From: a virus
Strand: one strand, 5' to 3'
DNA length: 64,000 nucleotides
Virus record (IMG/VR): IMGVR_UViG_3300028901_000316
The notes under the pieces were generated by a model. It saw only the letters and a program-made list of their open reading frames with translations, did not search any database and had not been told where the DNA came from. Shown here in pieces: positions 9,147-17,600 of the stretch (within the stretch, counting starts at the first letter, position 1; the number at the start of each line of letters is the position of its first letter). The position numbers were made by a program, and so were the translations under genes.

Positions 9147-9318
9147 TTTGGACCTGCAGGCCAGACCCGCCGGCGGCTAGACGCGCCGAAGCTCGTCCCG
9201 ACATGGAGTCGACTTTCGCCGCCGGGCAGGTCCGAAGCCTGCCGAGTCGCCGTTAAACGACTCGGAAGATCCAAGCCTCAATACTGCCGCGAGCATACGC
9301 CAGGCCCTACCTTGCCAC

Positions 9319-9591
9319 ATGGCCAAGCCACCAATCTCGCCAGCGACCTGGGATCGACTCCGCGCTCTGGACTCCAGTTGCGACTTCAGGTTGCTGCGCC
9401 GCTCAACCGAGCCCAAGCCCGGAGAATCGTTCACGAGCAGTCGAAACTACCCGCGCATGTGGGTGGTAGAGATTTGGATCCAGTCCGACGAACGAAAGCG
9501 GCTCCGAATCGACGGCCCTGACCTCGCCGGCACACTTGAGACGGCGATCGAACGAGCAGAGCAACTGCTGCAGGGCCCGTGGAAGGCTTAG
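9319..9591 (+). CDS. Hypothetical protein (90 aa), one of the few plus-strand genes
   Basis: Natural-looking composition (MAKPPISPATWDRLRAL...WVVEIWIQ...ETAIERAEQLL); no minus-strand gene competes for the space. Confidence 0.6.
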   Translation: MAKPPISPATWDRLRALDSSCDFRLLRRSTEPKPGESFTSSRNYPRMWVVEIWIQSDERKRLRIDGPDLAGTLETAIERAEQLLQGPWKA

Positions 9592-9622
9592 TCCTTCTGG
9601 ACGGTGAGAAACGCATAAGCCG

Positions 9623-9832
9623 TCATGCGCCGTCAACTCGAAGAGGCATTCCCGCGGCGGCAAAGATCCGCACCGCGGTTTCCAGCGTGACATCCTTTTT
9701 TCCCGCAAGCCAGTTCGAGACGTTCGGCGCCGGGCATTTCGCTTCCCGCGCCAGCGCCGCGATGCTGATGCCGTGTTCGTCCATGTGGGCACGGAGAGCG
9801 GCCCGGAGATCGTTTGAGGTTGTTGCAGTCAA
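9623..9832 (-). CDS. XRE-family helix-turn-helix protein
   Basis: LRAHMDEHGISIAALAREAKCPAPNVSNWLAGKKDVTLETAVRI. Confidence 0.85.
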   Translation of the reverse strand: MTATTSNDLRAALRAHMDEHGISIAALAREAKCPAPNVSNWLAGKKDVTLETAVRIFAAAGMPLRVDGA

Positions 9833-10146
9833 GAGGATCCTCCCAAGAGTGCACGCAGAAGTCGTTTCCCGCCGACCGATGTTCCGACACCAAAAAGGCC
9901 AGGGTGTCGTTTGCGCAGCATCGCGACCAGTTCAGTCGCGTAGCCCATTCGTCGATGCCGATCAACCACGGTGACGTACTCAAGCACGGGTCCAAATGGC
10001 TTGGGGACGTCCCAGACCGTCGCATGGGCCACCGGATACGGCGCGTCAATGTCGTTCGCGCACGCCAAGTAGACAAGTCGGCTGCCGTGGCTATGGCGCG
10101 GGCTCGGCACCAGGCGATATCTCCATACGCGCAGACGCGGTGTCAA
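9829..10146 (-). CDS. Small GNAT-like acetyltransferase (start uncertain)
   Basis: LEYVTVVDRHRRMGYATELVAML matches the acetyl-CoA-binding motif A; TTGA overlap with the HTH gene. Confidence 0.55.
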   Translation of the reverse strand: MTPRLRVWRYRLVPSPRHSHGSRLVYLACANDIDAPYPVAHATVWDVPKPFGPVLEYVTVVDRHRRMGYATELVAMLRKRHPGLFGVGTSVGGKRLLRALLGGSS

Positions 10147-10774
10147 CGCGATCGGACGCGATGGCGGGCGACCTCGACTCGTTGACTTTCTGCGCATCCG
10201 CACGATCCTCCTGACGCAACATCCACCGCAGACGACCGACAGCACCGACGCTGATGTGCAGCAGATACGCCACGTGGGCCCGCGGGAGATCTCCGACAAG
10301 GATCTCACGCACGCCGGGAACGCGATACCAGCCGGCGTCGCGACACCGCTTGCCCACATAGGCAAGCATGGCCCGCTCGACCGCGCTGTGCTTTCGATTG
10401 TGCCGAGAGGCGAACTCCTCGATCGTCATGGTCGAGAGGTCGTCGAGCCTCGCCTGCCACCACGCGTCGGCGTCCGAGTATCGGTTATGACCAAGAAGGC
10501 GGCGCAGTCGCTTGATCGCGCCCCGGCCGATCGGCAGTTGCCAGACCGCGGCATCGCGCCGGTGGCGCTCAAGATAGTCCACGAGCGGGCGCGTCGGGAT
10601 CACGCGCGGACCGCCATATCCCTTGCCGCGAGCGCCCGCAGGCCAACCAAGCAGCACCTCAAAGCCATGGGCGGTCGGGCGTGCCTCACGCACATCCCAC
10701 GCGTCATCCCACGCGTCGTTCGCCGATCCGATGATGGTTGCGACACGCGCCAAAACCGACACGCCCGCTTTCAC
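10091..10774 (-). CDS. Conserved-looking hypothetical protein, possibly HTH-containing
   Basis: WDVREARPTAHGFEVLLGWP...GGPRVIPT...LPIGRGAIKRLRRLLGHN...WWQARLDDLSTMTIEEFA. Confidence 0.65.
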   Translation of the reverse strand: MKAGVSVLARVATIIGSANDAWDDAWDVREARPTAHGFEVLLGWPAGARGKGYGGPRVIPTRPLVDYLERHRRDAAVWQLPIGRGAIKRLRRLLGHNRYSDADAWWQARLDDLSTMTIEEFASRHNRKHSAVERAMLAYVGKRCRDAGWYRVPGVREILVGDLPRAHVAYLLHISVGAVGRLRWMLRQEDRADAQKVNESRSPAIASDRVDTASARMEISPGAEPAP

Positions 10775-10822
10775 GGGCGCACCGGACGCCCCGCCGCCCG
10801 CGGGCGACGACGGGGCAGGGAA

Positions 10823-11041
10823 TCAGGACATGACAGCGGTTTCGATCCGGGTGACCACTGCTTTCATGGCGCGGTTCTTGTTGCCGGTCGTGCCCAATCG
10901 CTGATTCAGGATTCGCTCCGCACCCTTGTAAGTGAGCTTGCGGTCGTGAACGAGAGTTGTCGTCTGTTCGTACCGCATGGGCTGCGAGCCAGAGCCGGCA
11001 GGAATGGTGTACGTCACGGTGTTGGCAATCTTCATGTTCAA
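10823..11041 (-). CDS. Hypothetical protein (72 aa)
   Basis: ATG start with AAAGGGA upstream; first gene after a promoter-like site. Confidence 0.55.
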   Translation of the reverse strand: MNMKIANTVTYTIPAGSGSQPMRYEQTTTLVHDRKLTYKGAERILNQRLGTTGNKNRAMKAVVTRIETAVMS

Positions 11042-11104
11042 TCCCTTTGCGTCCCCACGCTGCTCTCCGCGTGGCCGAGTGTCGGGCTCGTGCCTGACCC
11101 CTAT

Positions 11105-11132
11105 ACCATAGCATATCGGCTATCGTTGTCAA
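11105..11132 (-). promoter_or_regulatory. Sigma70-like promoter driving the small-gene cluster
   Basis: TTGACA-16 nt-TATGGT with a TG extension, in an AT-rich patch. Confidence 0.55.
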
Positions 11133-11207
11133 TGGATTTAGTTGCGAAACGTGAAAAAACATGCCTAAACGCGTCGGGCACGCCCCAAGTCGATCCTAAA
11201 ACGAGGT

Positions 11208-11927
11208 TTAGGCCGGAATTGCGGCCTCTGTGACGTTTCCGGCCAGCACGCGCCAATAGGGCGGCGTCACCGGCGCCTCACACGTCTTCTCGATCGCGAG
11301 ACCGTGGTTGCGTGCAAACTCGACCGGAAGATTTCTCGCCGGCTGACCGTCGCTGGTCTTCCAGTCGGAAGTAAACGAATCGATGGGATCAGGAAGCGTC
11401 TCGATCTTCATCTCGACAACGCGACCAAAGCCCTGCGACGCCTTCTTTCCGATGTGGGTGATGTGCTTGGCGAGGCGGTTCACGTTCTTCCGGAAACCGA
11501 CCGCGTAGAACACCAGCTCGGGCATCCACACGGTTTCGAGCCGACCCATCGTTTCCTTGAACCGACCCATCGTGAGCGGCACCTGCGTCGCCTTGCCCAT
11601 ATCGAGCATGTCCTCATGCTGGTGCTCGAACTTCTTGGACCAAAACTGCTGCGACGAGACGCCGAGCGGAACGACAGCGGACGCACGGAACCACCACGCC
11701 GACCCGTGCCTCATTCGGAGCAGCGGGAGCGTCACGCACTCGCACGGCTCCTGTCCCGCATCAAGCTCTGCGGTCGTGGACGGCTGGCGATGGATCTTGA
11801 CCCACGAAAGAAGCGAGTCGAAATGGATCGGGCCGCCGGAGAACACGACCGGAGCGGCCATCGTGAAGGTGATCCGCATCGGAACGGGCTTGGGAGAGTC
11901 GCCTACTCGGAGATCTTGGTGATCCAC
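11208..11927 (-). CDS. csf3: Type IV CRISPR Csf3 (Cas5-like)
   Basis: MRITFTMAAPVV...PIHFDSLL...LPL...WWFRAS...GRFKETMGRL...LVFYAVG...HITHIGKKASQGFGRV (G-rich loop)...RNLPV...PPYW; GGAGG RBS. Confidence 0.85.
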   Translation of the reverse strand: MDHQDLRVGDSPKPVPMRITFTMAAPVVFSGGPIHFDSLLSWVKIHRQPSTTAELDAGQEPCECVTLPLLRMRHGSAWWFRASAVVPLGVSSQQFWSKKFEHQHEDMLDMGKATQVPLTMGRFKETMGRLETVWMPELVFYAVGFRKNVNRLAKHITHIGKKASQGFGRVVEMKIETLPDPIDSFTSDWKTSDGQPARNLPVEFARNHGLAIEKTCEAPVTPPYWRVLAGNVTEAAIPA

Positions 11928-12775
11928 GCGGCCACCTCCTTCGCGTTGCTGGTCATGTAGGAGCGGTAGAGGTCCGTGCTGGGCAGCTGGCTCAAATCGA
12001 TTTCCGCCCGCACCCGTCCCATCCCGACCTGCAGCATGCCGCCCAGTCGCGGGTCCTCAAGCCACGACTCCACCGCGTCCCGAAGGCACGCCGCTTCGAG
12101 TTCGGTCGCGCGGCGGAGCCAGAACCCACCGACGAGCTGAGTGCCGGGGTTGAGGATCTCGGTCTCGTAGATCATCTGCACCGAATCGTCGCTGGCCGAC
12201 TGGTCGGCTGGCTTGGCGTGAGGATCGGACACCGATTGGTCCCGCCGCGTCGCCATGTTGGTGCTCAACAGTGCGTGAGCGGGCGTTTCAGACGGGACTC
12301 CGGTGATGATCGCCGTCTCGGCGCATACCGGTATGATCTGGTCCACGCTCAGCGACCCCGGCGTGATCGCTCCGTGCAACACACCGCCAAGCAGACCGAT
12401 CGCCGGCACGGCCGATCGGATCTCTCGCAGCAGGGTCACGCGGTGCGCGTGGTGCATGTCGCCCTTGTTGAGCGCGCCGCCCGAGAACAGCGTGTGGTAG
12501 ACGGGCAACGGAACTTGGGCGAGCCCGACCAGCTCCAAGGTGCGCCTGGCGATGATCCGCCGCAGCTGACCCCGCAGAGAATTTCCGGTGACGATCGGGA
12601 CTTCGACCGGCTGACCGTTGTGCATTACGGTCATGCGGCGGTACATCTTCTGATTGCCGGCGTTCTCGTCAGAAGAGTGACTTAGGGGCGCGACCGCCGT
12701 CATCCGCAACAGCAAATGGGTCGTCGTCCTGTTTTTTGTCTGCTGCCCGTCCACGACGCTTTGGGGTTGTGCCAT
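11903..12775 (-). CDS. csf2: Type IV CRISPR Csf2 (Cas7-like backbone)
   Basis: MTAVAPLSHS...VPIVTGNSLRGQLRR...TLFSGGAL...IGLLGG...GSLSV...IPVCAET...TRRD...QMIYETEILNPGT...LGGMLQVGMGRV; GAGGAG RBS. Confidence 0.9.
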   Translation of the reverse strand: MAQPQSVVDGQQTKNRTTTHLLLRMTAVAPLSHSSDENAGNQKMYRRMTVMHNGQPVEVPIVTGNSLRGQLRRIIARRTLELVGLAQVPLPVYHTLFSGGALNKGDMHHAHRVTLLREIRSAVPAIGLLGGVLHGAITPGSLSVDQIIPVCAETAIITGVPSETPAHALLSTNMATRRDQSVSDPHAKPADQSASDDSVQMIYETEILNPGTQLVGGFWLRRATELEAACLRDAVESWLEDPRLGGMLQVGMGRVRAEIDLSQLPSTDLYRSYMTSNAKEVAAWITKISE

Positions 12776-13175
12776 CGGCACGCTCCTCACGGGCGCGTCT
12801 GCGTTCGTCCGAGATTGCTCTCACGACCGAGACCACAAGTCCCGGCTGCCGACGAACACACCGCACCGCTTCCTGATTTTCAATGTGCGACATCGTCCTC
12901 GCCTCTGCGATCAGCGACTTGTCGATGAGTTGGGGGCTGACATGACACTTGGTCGCCAGCCTGAAGATCCACGAGATCGTGTCGGGCTCGTTGCCGGTCG
13001 CGCGGATTCGAGTCTCGAACCGCTGCCACACTCCCGCGCCGGCGGTCCGCCAGAGGGCTCCGTCGAAGTCGATGAGCCTCCACACGTTCACGGCCAGCAG
13101 GGCCGCGACCGATTCGGCCTTCGAAAGGCCAAGTTCCGCGAGCAGCGCCCGATCCGCTTCGCCGATGACCGACAT
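12669..13175 (-). CDS. cas11: Type IV-B Cas11-like small subunit
   Basis: 168 aa all-helical protein (AVNVWRLIDF...WQRFETRIRA...WIFRLATK) in the canonical position between csf1 and csf2. Confidence 0.65.
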   Translation of the reverse strand: MSVIGEADRALLAELGLSKAESVAALLAVNVWRLIDFDGALWRTAGAGVWQRFETRIRATGNEPDTISWIFRLATKCHVSPQLIDKSLIAEARTMSHIENQEAVRCVRRQPGLVVSVVRAISDERRRAREERADGTTPKRRGRAADKKQDDDPFAVADDGGRAPKSLF

Positions 13176-13185
13176 GACGACGCTC

Positions 13186-13851
13186 CTACCGCTTGGGTTC
13201 GATCGCGATCCCCAGCCGCTTCGCCAGCTCGACCGCGACCTCTTTGTTTGGGATGATCGGGACCATGATGCCAAACAGCGTTGTGCCCCGGGCGAGTTGC
13301 GCAAGCGCGTCAAGCCCGCGGATGTGCACAATCCCAGTCCGCTGGTAGTCGCCCGAGTCGTAGCGCCCGGACAGAATCGACTCGCGCGAGCAGCCGCGGA
13401 GGTAAAGCTCAAGGGCCGCACGCATCCAAGCCTCGTCCCGACGTCGCGAGAAGTCGGCGCTCAGCTGTTCGCACTGGACACGCCAGAAATCGCGCGACTG
13501 GGCCACGCGCTGGCGAAAGACGCCGTGCTTCTGAAACGAATGGCTCAGAAACAGGACGAACGGCGGTTCGGGCGGAAACAGCACGGTCTCCCACGCGTCG
13601 GGGATCTTGAGCGGCGCAAAGCCGCCGGCCGACACCACAAAGGCGCTGCGGGTGCGCCGGTCCGCCAAACACGCCTCGCACGCCCAACAGACGCGGTCTG
13701 AGTGCAGTTCGTCGAGGTTGGTGAACGTGTCCTTGAGCACCTTCGCGGCGGGCCTTGCCGGTTCGAGCGCACCGCAGAGGCCGCACGCGGCTCTTTCTCC
13801 ATCGTGGGGGCTGGCTCCCAGCGCCTTGGCGGTCATGACGGTCGCGCTCAT
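13186..13851 (-). CDS. csf1: Type IV CRISPR Csf1 (Cas8-like, Zn-binding)
   Basis: ACGLCG...KDTFTNLDEL...VCWACEAC...PPEPPFVLFLSHSFQKH; ATGA overlap with cysH-like gene. Confidence 0.85.
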   Translation of the reverse strand: MSATVMTAKALGASPHDGERAACGLCGALEPARPAAKVLKDTFTNLDELHSDRVCWACEACLADRRTRSAFVVSAGGFAPLKIPDAWETVLFPPEPPFVLFLSHSFQKHGVFRQRVAQSRDFWRVQCEQLSADFSRRRDEAWMRAALELYLRGCSRESILSGRYDSGDYQRTGIVHIRGLDALAQLARGTTLFGIMVPIIPNKEVAVELAKRLGIAIEPKR

Positions 13852-14609
13852 GCGTGCTCCGCAATTTGGGGGAACTCTCGCTTCATCCGCGCGAAGTATT
13901 CCGGGAAGTGGTGCTTGAGCCACGCGACGCGGCCCGAACGCGCCGCCCCGTCTGTCGTGGTCCACCCCGCGTTCCGGATTGTCTCGCGCGTCTGCCCATG
14001 CGTCTCCAAGTCGTACAGCGGCAGGTAGGGAAGGCCATTCACCGCGATGCAGGCCCAGACGTCGCGGGCCGACCAGTCGAGGAGCGGGAGGCACCGCGTC
14101 ACCCCGTCCGAATGCGGGTAGATCGCCCCCCGGGCTCTCGCGTTCATCGCGCGGGCGCCGGACTCGGCACCGCGAAGGCCCAGCGCCATCACGCCGAATC
14201 CTCGCTCGATCGCGTACGCCGTGCCCTTCGACTTCTTCAGCGACTGCACCACGGCCGCCTGTTGCGAAGCGGTCCGCTCGTGTCCGAGCCCGACTTCGTG
14301 CGTCCAGGCCAGCCGTTCCTCGATCGTCGCCATCGGAGTGCGAAAGACGCTGACGCGCATGTGCTCGGCGCACCACGCCTCAATCTCGTCGGTCCCCGGC
14401 ATGGCGGCTGGGGACGGCATGTGCAAAACCTCGGTCAGCCCGGCCCGGGCCGCGAGGTAGACCAGCACGACCGAATCCTTGCCCCAGGACGATGAGACGA
14501 GCACGCGGCCGAGCGACGCGGCCTCGGCCAGTCGTTCGGATGCACGTTCGACCGCCACCGCGTAGGCGCGGGTGCGGGCGTGGATTCTGTACTGAAGCAG
14601 AGAGGACAC
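13848..14609 (-). CDS. cysH: CysH/PAPS-reductase-like protein (type IV-B accessory)
   Basis: VLVSSSWGKDSVVL (PP-loop), LGLRGAESGAR, LPLLDWSARDVWACIAVNGLPYLPLYD; no C-terminal ECG motif. Confidence 0.85.
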   Translation of the reverse strand: MSSLLQYRIHARTRAYAVAVERASERLAEAASLGRVLVSSSWGKDSVVLVYLAARAGLTEVLHMPSPAAMPGTDEIEAWCAEHMRVSVFRTPMATIEERLAWTHEVGLGHERTASQQAAVVQSLKKSKGTAYAIERGFGVMALGLRGAESGARAMNARARGAIYPHSDGVTRCLPLLDWSARDVWACIAVNGLPYLPLYDLETHGQTRETIRNAGWTTTDGAARSGRVAWLKHHFPEYFARMKREFPQIAEHA

Positions 14610-14665
14610 GTCTCAGCGAAGACTTTCGGTCCGGTTGCGCCCCGCGATCGCGACGAGCTGGGATA

Positions 14666-17600
14666 TCAGCCCCGCAGCCCGCGCTGGATCTGCCCGGCGA
14701 CTTGGCGCCCGCTGCGGCGGAATGCGTCGGCGGAATCTCGCGTCGCCCCACGGGCATCGACGCTCACGTTGACGCTGTAGTGGTTGACCGTGCCCCCGCC
14801 ACCAATCGCACGCACGCCGAGATCCCCGTTGGGCAACCGGACCGGCTTGGCCACCATCTCGTCCCGACCGGCCTCGCCCACAACCCCGACGCGCCCGTTG
14901 TTCAGCGGGAAGATGGCCGCACTGCTGTAGATGCCTTGGTCTAGTCCGCCGCGTGCAAACGGGACGAGCGAGCCGGCGAGGATCATGTTTCCGTGCGCGT
15001 TGAACAGCGCGCTGCTCGGAATGCCCGCAGTGGGGTCCCCGCCCGCACTCGGACCAGCGCCCGGAGCCGCCGCGCCCCCCACCACCGCGCCCGCGAGTGG
15101 CATGAAAACGTTGGCCAGGCCGCGGGCGAGCGGTTGAATCGCGGCATACTGCAGGAAAGTCTGCAAGACCTGCTTCCCGGTGTCGTTCAGCGCCTTCATC
15201 GCGTTGTCCCAGGTCAGCGTCGAGTCGGTCAGGCGAGAGAACACGCCCGCGACGTCCGAGCCCAGCGCGTCCGCCATGTTGCGCGTCTCGCGCATCCGCT
15301 GAAGCGACGCCACCTGGGCCTCGACGATGCGTCCGGTTGCGTCAGCCTGTTTGTCGCTCTGGCCAGCCGCCATCGCGGCCTCGACGGCGCGGTAGGCGGC
15401 CGCACGCCGCTCCTGGGCGTCCGCGTCGAGCCCGGCAAGTTCAATCTCCTCGTCAAGGTCCCGCATCATCCGCGTCAGGTTCTCTGCAGCGGCAAGCTGG
15501 GACGCCTGCAATGCCTCGTCGGCCCGCGCGGCCTCTTCGGTCGCGGCCGTCACGTCGGCCAGCTCGGTCTTCATCTGGGCGAGAAGCTGAGTCCGCTCGA
15601 TGTATTGCGTGAGGAGGTCGAAGCCGGCAAACGTGCCCTCCTCCTCCGCGAGCTTGGTCGCCTCGATCTGCGCGATGTAGAGCGTGCGTTCCTCGGCGCC
15701 CATCCGGAGGGTGTCGATCTCCAAGTTGGTCTTGTCGATCAGGTCTTGGAGCTTCTGGCCCGCCTTGTCGGAGGCCTCCACCATGCGCTCAAGTGAACGC
15801 TCATACTCCTGGTTGGCTTTGGCCGCCTCTTGAGTCGCGTCCTTCGCCGCCTGAAGCTGGGCGGCCTGATCCACCACCTTGGTCACCATGTCGCCCAACG
15901 CGGCCTTCTGGGCGTCGGTCATGTCCTTCTCAAGCTCGCGGCGCATCGTCAGGGCCTGCAGCGCCGACGCGCTCATGCCCGCCGCCTTCTCCTCGTCCTG
16001 CATCGCGGTCAGGAGCGATTGGAGTTTCGCCCGCTGGGCCTCGATATCGGCGCCGGTGCCCTGCCGCACCTGGCCCGTCTCCTGCATCTTCTGCTTCAGG
16101 GCCTCGAGGGCTTGGATTTCGGCAATAGCGGCAGCTTTGAATTGGTCGGAAGGAACATAAGCGTTCAACAAAGCGCCCGTCGCGCCTGGGGCAGTCGCGA
16201 CCGTATCCTCGAACGTTCGTCCATTCAGCTTGCCGTTAGAGCCTTCGTACGACAGCGCATTGAACGCCGCGCGACCCTGCGGGGTCTGAATGAGGCGTTT
16301 CACGTCCTGTGCAGTCACGCCGGACATCGCCGTACCGGTCGCATCCGAGATCTTCGACCCGTCGGCGTTAAGCATGTCAAGCGTGTTCTTGATCGCCGCC
16401 AGACGCTGCTCCAAAGATGCCGCCGCCAGACTTGGGTCCTTCAGCATGGTTGCTGACTTTTGCTTCGCTTCAGCGTCCGCAAGAGCCGCCGCGATCGGCG
16501 CGAACGACTCTGCCGCTGCCTTCTGTCGCTCGATCGCCTCCGTCGCCGCGTTGGTGTTCTCGCGGAGCGACACCATCACGCCAATGACCGCCGCCGCGCC
16601 AACAAGAAGCAGTCCCCACGGATTCGACAATGTTGCAAGTCGCATAACGCCCAGTGCTCCTGTCACACCCTGAATCGCGCGGGTGATACCGAGTAGCGTA
16701 CTCACAACCTGAACGGCCGCAAGAGCTGTTAGGGCAGAAGTAACACCCATGATGGTCGCCTGAAGTGCCGGAGACTCGGTCGAAAGGCCCCGGATCGCGT
16801 CCAAAAGGCCTTTCATGACGAACGTCGCGGGCTTCACCGCACCGTCCGCCATCAGGCCGATAACGTTCTTCGCCATCTGGGACTTGGCCGCCAGGGTCTC
16901 GAATGCCTTCGCGGATTCGGCATTCAGCGCCTGTTGCCGCTCCCCCTCCTCGCGAGCTTTCTGGATCGAGACCGCGAGTTCGCCATACGCGCCTCCCAGC
17001 GTCGGCAGCACGCGCTGGATTCGGATGTCCTCAAGCCCGAGTGCCTCCAACACACCCTTCACGTCCTCGCCAGCGCGGCCCGCCGCGTTCAGTCCGCCGA
17101 TGAACCTCGCAAACTGCGCGGTCGGATCCGTGCGGAACAGATTCTCGATCTCGTCGGCCGTCTGGCCGGTCAGCTTCTGCAAGACCTGCATCTGCGGGCC
17201 TGGCTTGCGGATCGCCTTGTCGATCACGTCCATCGTGCGTCCGACCGACGTGCCGCCAACTTCGGCGTCGTTGCCGAGTGACTTCATCGCCGCGCCAAGC
17301 GCGAGCGCGTTGACCGACCCGATCCGATACTGCGCGGTCGCCTGCGCGACCGTCTCGGCGTTGCCCAGGATCTCCGACTCGCTCGCCCGCGACTCGTTGC
17401 CCAGACGCGTGATCGCGGCACCCACGGCCGTGATACTCGTCCCGACGTCCTCGCCGTTGATTCCGATCAGTCGAGCGAGCTTCTTGGCCCCGTCACCGCC
17501 CTGAATGTCCGTCGCGGCCTGGAGCTTCGCCACCGTCTCGGTGAACCTCGCCAGGTCGGCTGACCCACGCACACCGAGCTGGCCGGCCGCCTGCCCGATG

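Noticed and set aside
13848-14609. Auxiliary metabolic gene for sulfate assimilation
   Set aside because: No C-terminal ECG(L)H or Fe-S Cys motifs, no other cys genes, and it is coupled to csf1; better explained as the type IV-B accessory protein
8670-14665. CRISPR array or isolated repeat near the csf genes
   Set aside because: Inspected intergenic gaps 8670-8727, 9046-9318, 11042-11207 and 14610-14665 by eye. No 25-40 nt repeat with regular spacers was found; the 9-mers at 9045-9104 are too short. A diverged single repeat cannot be excluded without software.
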